A DNA stretch of 64,000 nt from Octopus sinensis (taxonomy: Eukaryota). Where the stretch lies: assembly GCF_006345805.1 (NCBI RefSeq), contig NC_043002.1, positions 72,292,001-72,356,000 on the forward strand, given 5' to 3'. The position numbers and the translations under genes are program-made. Below the pieces are notes generated by a model that did not search any database, had not been told where the DNA came from, and saw only the letters and a list, made by a program, of their open reading frames with translations. Shown here piece after piece: positions 13,478 through 27,299 of this stretch (its first letter is position 1; each line of letters begins with the position of its first letter).

Positions 13478-13545
<68 letters not shown>
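12290..13545. repeat. Compound (GT)n/(CA)n/(GAGT)n microsatellite cluster
   Basis: Directly visible; explains the VC- and HT-repeat ORFs. Confidence 0.9.
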
Positions 13546-14279
13546 AGAGATTCCTGTATGCTCGTCGTCGTATTTCTTCGAACACAAGTTGCTATACATG
13601 TATGGAAATTTTTGTATTTATGTGAGCATGAGAAATTCCTGCACGTACATGCATTCCTCTATGTGGAGAGTCAGTCAGACACAACAAGCAGGCGTTATGA
13701 TTATTGCATGGATTCGCGGAAACCACAAATATGTGCGTGTGTGTTTGTGAGCGTGCCTCTGTGTGTGTGTGTGTGCGCGCGCGTTGAATGTGCGAATGAG
13801 CGTGTGCGCGTATGCACGTAAACCAAATTCACGCGTGTGCGAACGCTCGACTGCACGCATAGGAAGACGGGTGACGTAAGCGCATCCTGGTATGCCATGA
13901 AACTAGCACGGTTCAATAATCACTCAGAGGCTGACGAAAGCCCTGCGGTTTAACCACGTGACCTATTTCCTCAAGGAGACGAATTATACGTTTATTAAAA
14001 TTGGATATGACAACGATGTATATAACTACTTACATGCACACGCATATACGTCCACGCATACATGCACGTACATATACATATACGTCCATACATAGATGCA
14101 TATATGTACGTATGCCTGTATTCATAACCTGCATACATATTGCCACGCATACGTTATTCCTACAGACAAGTAATATAAGGTATACACTTTATATTGCTAC
14201 TGACAGCTAAGCTAGCTTCAAACTAATAATTACAACTCCTTTTCACTTTGTCTTCCATATTATTTTCGTCGTTTATATT

Positions 14280-14321
<42 letters not shown>

Positions 14322-14533
14322 TATATATACATACATGTGTGGAGGAGGCGGGTAGTGTATGTAAGTACAATATATATATATGCATTCCACTGCATAGATA
14401 CGAGTAGAAACTGCCCTACAAATGAGTCAGAATTCAACACTGAATTATATATTACAGGGAAAACTGACAGACTTGTGAGATGAAAGATTCGCTGTACATA
14501 AGCACGTTTATGTGTGTGTGTGTGTGTGGTGTG

Positions 14534-14564
<31 letters not shown>

Positions 14565-14599
14565 TGTGTGTGTGTGTTTGTGTGTGTGTGTATTTACAT

Positions 14600-14634
<35 letters not shown>

Positions 14635-14666
14635 CACATATATATATATATATACACACATATACA

Positions 14667-14721
<55 letters not shown>

Positions 14722-14850
14722 GTACGTATATATACAAACATGCATGCAAATATATTCATTTATACATTTACATGTACATACATATACCTGTATGCATGTA
14801 CATGTGTGAGTGTGTGTGTGCATATGTATACATACATATATATACCAACC

Positions 14851-14882
<32 letters not shown>

Positions 14883-15468
14883 GTTTATGAATTCGCTGTC
14901 CATGGCGGTGGTCGTTGGAATTTTTATGAGGTTTGGTCGTGATGCAATTACAATGCCTTCAGAACACAGAGCATCGGCTTTCTGCTTTCTGAAAGTAACG
15001 CTTACACAGCAGTATTTAGATGCATCGAAGTTGGTGAGATGGAGAGGTGAGATATTTTTCATGTACAGTATGAGCCAAGAAAGACAACATGTATATATAT
15101 AATACATTAAGCTTCGGGTGACTAAGGCACTTAAATGGTAAGGCACCGGGTCGGGTCAAAATTAAAATGAATGCACAGCAACTATAAACGAATATTAACA
15201 TTGGTACCAAAGTACAGACAGAAAGATTTTCAGGTTATGTATACAATTAACTGACCCCAAATGAGTACATCATCAGCCCTTGGGCTAATCTAGAAACACA
15301 CGTTGTATTAAATATATGGTCCATAATATATTTCGGAATATATATATATGATGCCTAATCAACGGGATGGTATCTTTGGAAAGCTAAAGAAATTGCGAGG
15401 AAGCGCATTGTGATCAGCGATGTATAACAACATTCGACGGTCTTGTCGATACAGTGATGATAAAAATT

Positions 15469-15527
<59 letters not shown>

Positions 15528-15789
15528 TATATATTATATATATTATATATATTTCGCTTAGGCATTGCGAGACTAATAAACTGGTGTAGAACTCATGTTC
15601 TGAAATACATATAACATATAGACATATATATTATATAGTCTATACTCTCTTATACACACACGCACTTTTGTGTTGGGGGCACCTCGTATTGGAAGTCACT
15701 TGACCCTGTTATCTCCCCTACTGTCCCTCACGTCTGACCATTGTCCGAAGTCAGGGCCATGATAGATCGTTAGCTCCTTACACGCATTT

Positions 15790-15949
15790 TTTCCTCTCCT
15801 TGTTTTTTCTGTGTATCTTTCTGTCGAAGAGCGTAGGCTCGCGAAACGTAAAAGACTTTTTCTATTTCTATTCCTGAGCGCTATACTAATGCATTTGTTT
15901 GCTTGTACTCCACCTGCCTTCGTCTTCTGTTTTTTTCGTAACTTTCTCG

Positions 15950-15950
<1 letters not shown>
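15790..15950 (+). mobile_element. Penelope-pLTR-like repeat with hammerhead-like motif (family B)
   Basis: TCTTT-CTGTCGA-A-GAGC GTAG GCTC-GC-GAA-ACGT-A-AAAGA at 15816-15855. Confidence 0.55.
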
Positions 15951-15997
<47 letters not shown>

Positions 15998-16008
15998 TAT
16001 ATATATAT

Positions 16009-16051
<43 letters not shown>

Positions 16052-16077
16052 CGGGATGCGTGGCGTTCAGTTACTCC

Positions 16078-16352
16078 ATAAATGAAAAATGCATTAAATA
16101 CTACAAAACGTACACGTAGAACAGACACAAGGAGCCTAATGCTTCGTCAGTTATCGGCCAAAAATACTAATACTTCGAGTCCTAATTCTACGCTAATATT
16201 ACGGGAGCCGCTGCAATACGAAGTTCCCAGTTTTATCGTTAAAGGCACGAAACTGGGTATTAGTAGTTTTGGTCGATAACTGACGAAGCATCAGGGTCTT
16301 TGTGTCTGTCCTACGTGTATGTTTTGTAGTATTTAATGGACTTTTCATTTAT
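16078..16352. mobile_element. Fold-back MITE with ~95-bp inverted arms
   Basis: 16078-16173 is the imperfect reverse complement of 16257-16352. Confidence 0.8.
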
Positions 16353-16429
16353 ATATGTGTATATGTATAATTATTATTTGAGGGAATAAAATCCAAGCTT
16401 ACATGGAAAAAGAATTCAATTTAGAAATA

Positions 16430-16469
<40 letters not shown>

Positions 16470-16606
16470 TTAAGCGACCACAGATAGATGAAAGGTCTAG
16501 TTAATTCCAACAGATATTGAACACAAACAGTGAGGTTCCGAATCTACGTAACTACGGTTCTTTACTGTTGTGGCTATCTTCTGCTCCCTAACAGTAGTTA
16601 TTTATT

Positions 16607-16645
<39 letters not shown>

Positions 16646-17449
16646 GATGATAGTATCATACGACTATTGTAATTTTATTCCCGACAATAAAGAAGAAATG
16701 AACAGAAAACAATATTTCAATTGTATGTGTAACACCACAAAGATGTCAAGATGATGAACAACATACATTAACATACACAGGCTCTAATTTAATGCAGTAA
16801 CAACTGTATGTTGTGGATTTATAACAGCTGAGTGAATTTCATTTAGGAACTAATTGCTAATGGATAGAATTTCACCATCAAGCGTGTCTCTCGTTAAGAT
16901 AGTGTCATACTTAATGTAGTGATGAAGGAAATTTAATTAATGACTAATACTTTCTATTTGAAAATGGAAGAAACCCTTATCTCAATGACTTCTCTCATTA
17001 TTTCAGTTTTACTGTGAAAATCATGTGTAACAACTTAGGACATGTTTATGTCTTATGAGGTCACATCAGCGAAACATTGCTTTCTTCGCTGTATTTGCCG
17101 AAATTCTCCTTTCCTTTGTCCCTCCATTCCTAGTGGAATCGTAGCAACGCTGTTTGACTATTCGGTGCGTCTTGTGTACTTAAAACTTAACGAAGCCCAT
17201 CCCTCTTTTAGCCTGAACACGGCTGGTTTCTTTCAAGAAGGATAGACAGAGGGGAGGAGAAGAATCGACCCAGTTGCTGAATAGGTACTTTATTTCAATT
17301 TAGAAAGGATGCAAAGCAAAGTTTACATCGACAGAAGTTTGACTCAGGGGGCATAAAGACGGATAAAATGCCCTATGACGTTTCATCCGATGTTCTAACG
17401 ACTATGTCAATTTGTCACCTTACCAAATAAGTGATAATAAAATAATAAA

Positions 17450-17697
17450 TGCGCCCTTTCAAAGCCTAGCCAGGGTCATGAGACCGGTTTCCCGGTTTCT
17501 ATGGCGTATGTGTTCCCCAGCTGGACGGGACGCCAGTCCATCGCAGCGTTACTCATTTTTGCCAGCTGAGTGGACCGGAACAACGTGAAATGAAGTGTTT
17601 TGCTCAAGAACACAACGCGTCGTCCGATCCAGGAACCGAAACCCCAATCTTACGATCCTGGTGCTGACACCCCCAACCACTAAGCAACGCACCTCCA
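17450..17697 (-). mobile_element. tRNA-derived SINE
   Basis: Reverse complement of the head and central domain of the 998-1338 element. Confidence 0.7.
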
Positions 17698-18548
17698 CCC
17701 AAATAAGTGATAAGGGATCATTAATAATAACGATTAGAGTTATGTTTGGTTGAGAAGGTCAAATAAGACCGGAACATGACTGGAGTTGTCACCAATAATT
17801 TCAAAATTCAAATTAAGATAGTCTCGGTCATTAAGACTCATAGTCGCTGTTCCTCACTTCATATATATTAGTGATTATTTTGTTTTGTTTGTGTCTTTTT
17901 TTTTTTCACTATCACTAACGACTGACTCTTGTTATTTCAGCTGCTAGTTATTTCAGCTAGTATAGTTGCCAGCAATTTAAAGAAACCTTCTCCCACCACC
18001 ACCACTATCACACACAGAAGTTTACTTTCTCCTCTTGACATACAAAATAAATATGAAATATTCAATAGTCTTCGTGACTTTTGTGTAACGGAATATTTTT
18101 ATTAGCCTATTGTATTATTGAATCTAATGTCTCTAAGTAGAAGTTGTGTCCACTCTCCAAAACTGTGATCAAGTTAAACATGACAAACAAACGAGATATA
18201 TTCTCCGCGTGATCTCTAATGAATTCCTGGCATTACTGGATCTTAACAAAGTCCGTATACAAGGCCACGTATTTGTCAGTCTGTTTAAACATTGATTACA
18301 TCACTTGGTGTTCTTTTTTAAAAAGCCTTTTGTGGATTTCGTCTCTAAAGACTAATGAAATGGTTTCGTCTATGTTTTTGAGAAAACGAAATTTGAATAT
18401 ATTTAGTCACTGTCGTCATCACAGTTACAATTGTTCTACCAGTATGTACAAGACTATTTTTGTTTCAATTCAAAGAAACCCCTTTCTAAGACCATTGAAA
18501 AATGACTTTGTACAGCTTATAATAAAGAGAATGTGTGCGCGAAATATG

Positions 18549-18591
<43 letters not shown>

Positions 18592-18593
18592 CG

Positions 18594-18637
<44 letters not shown>

Positions 18638-18655
18638 TATATATATATATATATA

Positions 18656-19100
18656 CAGGGTTGGCCCAAAGTCACCCGACAGGGTTTTGAGGAGCGTAGG
18701 ACCACATCTTAGGCACTATTGTTCACAGACCTACTCTAACCTGGAATAATAGCACTTGTCAGGGTACCCCCGCCCTTATATGGTAAATTAGCATATTAGG
18801 GCTTACCTATGTACACGTGTGAAGACTGGTTCCAGTAGAGTCTGCGGAAGAAACCTTCATGGTTCAACGGAGAAGACGTTTACAGCAACGCATTGTAGAG
18901 TACTGAGAACAGGATGAGACGCAAGTACGAGTAAGACATTATGGTCATCCATTTCACTCATCTTCATTCTCAATCGTCTCGATCCGGTTTTTGTCACGGA
19001 GTGGAGATGGTCGGAAACGGGATAATGAGGTCAACGAGACGCAACTCTTATTCACTTTAAAGAAAGTCACCGTGCAGGTCATCAGTCATCTTACTGATGA
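18656..19100 (+). mobile_element. Degenerate Tc1/mariner-type 5' end
   Basis: TA|CAGGGTTGGCCCAAAGTCACC terminus next to a TA repeat; decayed ATG...IVE-Y-LRTGS-like N-terminus; no matching right TIR seen. Confidence 0.4.
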
Positions 19101-19126
19101 CTATACAGTCCTCATAGCTCCGACAG

Positions 19127-19171
<45 letters not shown>

Positions 19172-19619
19172 GTGTGTGTGTGTGTGCGCGCGTGCGTGCG
19201 TGTGTGCGTGTGAATCTAACAAAGATTTATAGTGACATTTGCTCATGTAAGATTTAGCACAAGAGCAAAATTATAACGTTGAAGCTGTTACTTTTTTTTT
19301 TTTTTAATAAGCTAGCAAGATTCTTAGATTTGCAACTAATATTATGGCAATCCTAGCTCAATCCTAGCTAAATCCTTAGTGTAACAAAAAGCGTCCTTAT
19401 ATGCACAACAAGTGACACAATCTTCTCCCGCTATCTTATCCACCATCATATTTCTCCGCTCATCCTTTGGCATTACACAATCGTTCATTTTGTGATATTC
19501 CCATACACATACAGCATCGATTTTTCCAAAACTTCTGGTTCAAAAGCCTTTTCTAATTTCACCAAAACCGTCCATGTCACTTTTGGTCAATACACTCTAA
19601 ATTAAACAAACATTGATTT

Positions 19620-20165
19620 AACATTTAGGCACGAGGCCAGCAGGTTGGTGAGAAGAGTTAGTCGATTACATCGACTTACTGGTATTTGATTTATCGACTC
19701 CGAAAGTATGAAAGGCAAACTAAATCTCGGCGGAATTTGAACTCAGAATGTAAATTTGAATGAATTATCTATTTCTTTACTACCCACAAGGGGCTAAACA
19801 CAGAGAGGACAAACAAGGACAGACAAACAGATTAACGGTGGAATTTGAACTCAAAACGTAACGGCAGACGAAATACCTATTTCTCTACTACCCACAAGGG
19901 GCTAAACACAGAGAGGACAAACAAGGACAGACAAACAGATTAAGTCGATTATATCGACCCCAGTGCGTAACTGGTACTTATTTAATCGTAACTGGTACTT
20001 ATTTAATCGTAACTGGTACTTATTTAATCGATCCCGAAAGGATGAAAGGCAAAGTTCACCTCGGCGGAATTTGAACTCAGAACGTAGCTGCAGACGAAAT
20101 ACCGCTAAGCACTTTTCCCGGCGTGCTAACGATTAAGATGAGCGAAATACCGCTAAGCACTTTCC
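19620..20165 (-). mobile_element. S1 SINE multimer with internal 21-bp triplication
   Basis: Repeated bodies; CGTAACTGGTACTTATTTAAT x3 at 19966-20028. Confidence 0.8.
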
Positions 20166-20838
20166 CAGCTGGTAAGAATAAAGTTTCTAAACTGGATAGG
20201 GAAATGCGAAGATTTGCTATGGGCCAATGGCAGAACCGTTGTCATGTTTACAGAAGGCAAGAGTTCGTGTCTCACGGGCAGCTTTCAACTTAATCGATCC
20301 AATGTTTACATGCAACTGTTTTATAGTAGACGCTGCTTGGAGTTGAACCGTTCCAAAGGAAAAATTATTTTATGCTCTCTCGAAGTGTCTAAATTTGTAT
20401 GACATTTGACAGGGATATTTTTTGTTAGCAGCCTTCCAATAGTTTCTTCACAACACTATTATTAATTCAGTTAGACAGGATAATATGAATCCTATAACAT
20501 TTCATTTCTAAATCGGAGATTTTTTTCCTTACTTTTCAGCATTTTGATTACCATGATTCGCACCCATAGATTGCAGTGGAAATTATTAATGGCCTTAAAA
20601 AAATCGATTAGTTAATTGTAAGATTGACAAACTCTGAATGTGTGTGTGTCGGCAAAATGACTCACCGAGGTACATATATTTCCGTTTCACTTTAACATTC
20701 TTACAAAACAAATTCAGTAACGAAATTATGTAGATATATAAATGCATGCATGAAAACACACTGACACAAACACACTCACACACTTACACACATACACACA
20801 CACACACACCACACATACACACACACACACACACATAA

Positions 20839-21216
20839 TCTCTCTATATATAAAGTTGAAGTTGTCTGTGTATGGCAAGTTTGGTAGCCTTCAACTAACA
20901 CTATCTCCTCCGAGATCCTGTGGCGCAAGTTGACCAAAATTGAAAGTCTGATAGAAGAAGGCTTGCTCTTCCTTTCGTAGAAGAAAAAATTCAAATCGGA
21001 CCATGTTAACATCATATATTATTTACATCAAAAAGGTGCTTTTTTTCTATGAAAATCCCTATTTTTTACGATTTTTTTACTGCTGTGTCGCCGTTTTTCG
21101 GTGTATTTCAACCAAAAATGTTCACTTAAAGAGAATAACAAGCTACATAATGCAAAGTTTTTACTTTTCAAAAATTCCAATTCTAAAGGGTCGAAACAAA
21201 CCCGAACAACGCCGAG
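20839..21216 (+). mobile_element. Non-autonomous Helitron-like element
   Basis: 5' TCTCTCTATATA start and GC-rich subterminal remnant; highly similar second copy at 55729-56077. Confidence 0.6.
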
Positions 21217-21294
21217 ACAGACAGACAGATAGACACACACGGACCGCTGAAATCTACAAGTTTTTTTCACTCTCTCTCTCTCTCTCTCTCTTTA

Positions 21295-21430
21295 TTTTCT
21301 CGTATTCCTTTCTGTTGAAGAGCGTAGGCTCGAAACATAAAAGACCTTTTCCTTTTCTCGAACGTCAAACTAATACACTTGCTTGTTGTTCATACACCTG
21401 TCTTCGTCTTCTGTTTTTCTATAAATTTCA
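21295..21430 (+). mobile_element. Penelope-pLTR-like repeat with hammerhead-like motif (family B)
   Basis: CCTTT-CTGTTGA-A-GAGC GTAG GCTC-GAA-ACAT-A-AAAGA at 21307-21344. Confidence 0.55.
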
Positions 21431-21432
21431 CT

Positions 21433-21491
<59 letters not shown>

Positions 21492-21512
21492 CATATATGT
21501 ATTATATATAAT

Positions 21513-21735
<223 letters not shown>

Positions 21736-22017
21736 GGCACCCATGTAGTTTTGGTCAAACGGATTTCATTCACAATGGATTGGTCCATCCGAACCTATAG
21801 CGAAAGACACTTGCCCAAGTTAACGCATATTTACATCAAACCTGGAACTAAGCGGTTGAGATACAAGCTTTTATATCAAATAACCAGGTTTGCCACTCTT
21901 TCCTTTGTATTAGACTTTCTAACAAGATTAGACGACAACACAAGTGCTCCGTCGTCGGCTTGCAACACATATTTCTCTTCTTCCGTTTAGCAACTGCAGC
22001 TTCCTGCTGGCGCTCAC

Positions 22018-22124
22018 CTGTAAGAATAAGTAACGATTTTATTCCTTTTGTTACCGCTTAAACGGAATTGTACTCTGTCGTGTTTGTTATACTATGCAAA
22101 CAGCTGTCTAAACAAGAATTCATT
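22018..22124 (-). other. Candidate non-coding exon
   Basis: Acceptor TTTGTTTTCATAG and donor CAG|GTGAGC; stops in all frames. Confidence 0.3.
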
Positions 22125-22213
22125 CTATGAAAACAAATGCAATGCTTTGCAGATAATCAGACATAGAAATGGGGAGAGGACATTTATTTTCATTCTTAGC
22201 ACAGGTGAAGATA

Positions 22214-22255
<42 letters not shown>

Positions 22256-22641
22256 CACATATATACACACACGCACACAATCAGACATACAAATGCACAT
22301 ACGTACCCACACATACCCACACAAGCATATACACCTGCATGTGAACGCAAGCATGCACCAACTTATATCCATACTTTTAGCTTGTACAGAGAAATGTACT
22401 TTTAACTAACGTGCTGATACTGTAGTGCTTGTGCGTGTGTGTGTGTGTGTGTGTGTGTTTGACTGGGTTTTCGGTGATCGTTTGACCTATGTAACAAATT
22501 ATTCATTTGTGAGCACATATTCTTATGGTGTATAGAACACAGTTTATATTAATGTGTGTACATACATGTGTGTCTGTGAGTGTGTGTGTTATGCACGAAT
22601 ACATATGTAAACACACACACCACACGCACACGCATATATAT

Positions 22642-22696
<55 letters not shown>

Positions 22697-22885
22697 ATAT
22701 GTGTGTTGTATATATATATATATTATATATATATAGATAAAATTTACATTTGTGTCTACATATGTACATATACACGCATATATATATATATATATATTAT
22801 ATATATACATAGATATGTTATATTCGTTGCATATATATATATATACATGTGCGTGTGTGTGTGCGGTTTATCAATATATATATAT

Positions 22886-23330
22886 ATATTCTAATATATA
22901 AAACTGAGAATGTGTGTGTGTGTCGTCGTCTGTCTGTTTCCCTAAAACTTGAGAACTACACAACCAAATTCATTCAAATTTTACACATGCCTTACTTAAG
23001 GTCCATGTAGTGTCATGGGCAAAAAAATCTCTAACTTCTTGCCTAGGGTGAGCCCACAGCAATATCATATCTTCTCCACTATTTCAGTATTACGTGTTAA
23101 AAGTGAAACAAAAACAGCTCTCTATTGTAATGTCAGATACTTTCACTTTAATACTGAAACTATTAAAGTTAAACTATTATATAAGAGAGATGAACTATTA
23201 ACAGTGGACATCCATTTTGCTAGAAGATCCGCTATGGTCTTATATGCTACACCACTGGTTTTCGATTCATATTAATATTCAATTTCTCACCCTTATTATT
23301 GTAAATTTAAATTTAAACACAGGACCATGT
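22886..23330 (+). mobile_element. Helitron-like non-autonomous fragment
   Basis: TCTAATATATAAAA 5' end followed by TGTCTGTCTGT and CAAATTTTACAC motifs typical of such elements; similar start at 49777. Confidence 0.4.
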
Positions 23331-23554
23331 GTTTTGGAACGAAGTTTGTTACCACACAGCCACACCTGCACCTATGTATGTGTGTGTGTGTATAGCTTTA
23401 TATGCATACATTTATTTCTATACATATAGATGTATATGTATGCATGTATATGTGTAGATGTATATATATATAGATGTACTTGTAATATGTACACATATAT
23501 ATTCACATATATACATGCATACATATATACACCCATACACACATACACATACAT

Positions 23555-23865
23555 AGGTGCTGGTGTGGCTGTGTGGTAACAAACTTCGTTCCAAAACACA
23601 TGGTCCTGGGTTCAGTCCCACTGTGTGGTAACTTGGCACGTGTCTTTTGCTATAGCCTCAGACCAACCAAAGCCTTATCAGTGGATTTTGAAGACAGAAA
23701 CTGAAAGAAATCAATCGTATATATATGTATATATTAAGTCTGCGTGTGTTGTGTGTTTCTCCCTCATCACTGCCTAATATATATAATATATATATATTAT
23801 GCTGGGCGGTGCTCCAGCATGGCCGACGCAGTCAAATGACTGAAACAAGTAAAAGAGTAAACGAG
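23555..23865 (+). mobile_element. S2 SINE copy
   Basis: GGTGTGGCTGTGTGGTAAC head, GGGTTCAGTCCCACTG B-box region, GACTGAAACAAGTAAAAGAG tail. Confidence 0.75.
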
Positions 23866-24029
23866 TATATATTTATATTTACGTTATAAAGAGGTCATTG
23901 TAACTCCCCAGATTATAGTGCGGCCTCTCTGCGAGTTAAAGGCAAATATCTACTTTGACAACCCCAAACTAAAGGTTCGACCTATCCGTGACAAAAGAAT
24001 ATCAAAGAATATTCGAAAATTCTCCTTCT

Positions 24030-24366
24030 TCCACTTATCCATCATGTGCCACAAAGCTAAATTTTATCCTCATTAAATTATTCAATCTTTCTTTTCTGCA
24101 AGAATATATTCTGACCTTTAAAAACATGCTACAGTCTGTCCCATTCTCAAGAACTGTAATTCCACTGACCAAGTCAACTACCGTCCTATCGCACTCACTT
24201 CTAGCATTTTAAAAGTCATGGATACAGCCATTAACAACAATGTTCTCCAACACTTTGAATTTTTCTTCCTCCTTAATGACCACCACTAAGGTTCACGTAA
24301 AGCCATAGCGACTGAAGATCTACTTTTCCATTTAATGTACAGCGGGACTTCTCCACTTGAGAGAAA
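24030..24366 (+). pseudogene. CR1/L2/Jockey-group LINE RT fragment, truncated by assembly gap
   Basis: HATVCPILKN...NYRPIALTSSILKVMDTAINNNVLQHFE...LLNDHH*GSRKAIATEDLL translated from 24125. Confidence 0.75.
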
Positions 24367-24466
24367 NNNNNNNNNNNNNNNNNNNNNNNNNNNNNNNNNN
24401 NNNNNNNNNNNNNNNNNNNNNNNNNNNNNNNNNNNNNNNNNNNNNNNNNNNNNNNNNNNNNNNNNN
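24367..24466. other. Assembly gap (100 N)
   Basis: Run of exactly 100 N. Confidence 1.
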
Positions 24467-24865
24467 CCTCGGATACAAATTTTGTAAAAATAGAAATATA
24501 ACAGAACCAATAGTACCATATTTACGTTTTCCTGTTTCATATTTTCTATTTTTTTGCATAAAATGTAAAAAAAAAAAAAAATCTGTGCAATTTTTTTTTT
24601 ATTGAATTAAATAGAATATAGTTCTATGGAATTTTTTCGGTGTAAAGAGTGCATATTCTTTATGGAATTAAATATTAATTTTGTTCAAAGGATTTTTATA
24701 TATAAATACAGGAATATTGCGAGCCTACTTTATTTTAAATAAATGTATACTTCTACATCAAATAAAACTGTTTTATCTCCACTGGCAAACGAAGTCTCTG
24801 ATAACGAACTAAATATAGATGGGCCGTATTAAGTTCTTTAATCGAGGCATTTATGTATGTATGTA

Positions 24866-24922
<57 letters not shown>

Positions 24923-25445
24923 GCATGCATGCATACATACATGCGTGTATGTATTTATCTATCTATATACGTATGTATGTGCATGTATGTGGTGCATGCT
25001 TGTTGTAGTCTATATACAAGGTGTATACATTTATTTTAAAGTATGTAGTGTACGGTATACATATACGCAGGTAATTAACTATGTGATTAAATTTATACCA
25101 TGATTTCATGAAAATACTTAAGCTGATATCTGTGATCTGCTGGGAATATGTGGCAAAATTAGAAATGGCTTATTCATATCCACTGAGTATCGCTGATATT
25201 CATTCGGATATCTGTAAAGATCCGTAGTAAGAATTAAATAAACTAGAAACTTTCATCCACCCAATATATACATGTGCGTGTGTGCGCAGATATACATACA
25301 TACCTACATACAACATACATACATACATACATACATACATACATGTATACATACATACGTACATTTATACATGCGTACATATATACATGTATACATAAAT
25401 ATATATAATTATATCTATCTATCTATCTATCTATCTGTCTATCTG

Positions 25446-25480
<35 letters not shown>

Positions 25481-25653
25481 CTTACTCTCTCTCTCTCTCT
25501 CTCTCTATACTATATATATCTTATATATATAATATATATATATATTAAACTACATACACAAGTATGGGGATTTAGTTCACAGCATTTGCCTAGCTCTATT
25601 CCCCCCTCTCTCTCTCTATATATATATATATATACATATCTATATATGTTACA

Positions 25654-25691
<38 letters not shown>

Positions 25692-26139
25692 CTGAAGCGT
25701 CCATGGTGTCATAATAAGGATCTGATCAAAGCTTTGCAATTAAATGTTACAGCCATCCTCATCGAGTTCTTGTTTCTTCAGGATATAATGCTTCAAGGAC
25801 AACATTATCAAACGTGTTCTTCTCTAAGGCAATAATTTGTAATTTAGTGGGAATCGAGCTGCTATTTCTAACAGATCTAGCAATAACGTAGAAATTTCAT
25901 TTGTTCGTGTAATATTTTATTGATGGTTTGAGTGGCGAGCTGGTTGAATAGTTAGCACGACGGGCAAAATGCTTAGGGGCATTTCGTCCTCTTTACGTTC
26001 TGAGTTCAAATACTGCCATGGTCGACTTTACCTTTCATGCATTCGGGGTCGATAAAATAGTAACGGTTGAGCACTGGGGTCGATGTAATCCATTTACTCC
26101 TTCCCGAAATTGCTGGTCTTGTGCTAAAATTTTGAAATC

Positions 26140-26440
26140 AATATTTTATTCCAGTTCTATATTTAAGAGATGAAGAATTATGTACATTATTTACATTACT
26201 TATATTCGACGGATATTTGTCCTCATCTTGTTTGTTGTTAACACAACATTTCGTCTGATATACCCTCCAGCCTTCTTTAGGTGTCTTGGGAATGAGAACC
26301 CAGATTCGAAATTTCCCCAAGACACCTGATGAAGGCGGGAGGGTATATCAGCCGAAACGTTGTGTAAACAACAAACAAGATGAAGACAAATATCCGTCGA
26401 ATGTAAATAATGTAAATAATGTGAATAATGTAAATATTGT
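26140..26440. mobile_element. Head-to-head inverted pair of hammerhead-bearing repeats (family A)
   Basis: About 26185-26290 is the reverse complement of about 26316-26420; plus copy has GACAC-CTGATGA-A-GGCGG..CAGCC-GAA-ACGT-T-GTGT (26321-26365). Confidence 0.7.
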
Positions 26441-26917
26441 ACAATATTTTATTGATGTTATTAGTCACACACTGAATTGTTAATTTTCAAAAATGAAAGG
26501 GATAATAAATATTTAAAGGAACACAGAAAAGCAAACATAATAAATTGCATTTCTTTCAACTACGTAATAAGATAATTAAACCGTCATATCGATCAGGTTA
26601 TTACAGGGAGACGATTAGGCAGCATGAATTTGTTTTGTTACTACTCCATTTGTAAAAATTCCATATGTAACTTAGAGAACTGACAGAGAATAAATTGTTA
26701 CCGGTTCAAGAGAAATGCAAGAGATCTCAGCATGTTATTCTAAATGTTGCGTAAATGCCAGGGAGACGTCCAGGCTTTAGTTATGTTTGCTGGATTAAAT
26801 TATGTAAATAAAGCTAAGGAGACGTGTAAGCCATCTAGTGAAAAGATCAGTTTAAACGTCTGCCTAACTGTGCTATCTATTTAATTTCCGTTTTGCACTA
26901 AGTCAAAAACAAAAACC

Positions 26918-27029
<112 letters not shown>

Positions 27030-27299
27030 GATACAAATATATAAAATAAATTTATACTTTTGTGAAAGAGTAATTCTACTAGTAAATAGTCCATAGATTT
27101 CAAAACTAACATGGCAGGCAGTACAGTTGCCTTTGACTCAGAAGTCCCTGTCTGGACTTGCACACACGTGAACAAACTTGGGTCCCGGAAATCTGCTTTT
27201 GACACTTAGGGAGGACAATGCTCTTTCGTGACGCTTTCGTGTGAACTGTGTTCGTCTGCTGGTGATAAGGGGAACGTTTGTTTATAATCGAAATAATGT

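Noticed and set aside
18219-18749. 176-aa ORF
   Set aside because: No recognisable motif; it runs through (TC)n and (TA)n repeats into a TE end.
21991-22019. Plus-strand 29-nt micro-exon (TTTCTCTTCTTCCGTTTAG...CCT|GTAAGA)
   Set aside because: It overlaps equally good minus-strand signals and has no plus-strand partners; it shows how readily such sites arise by chance.
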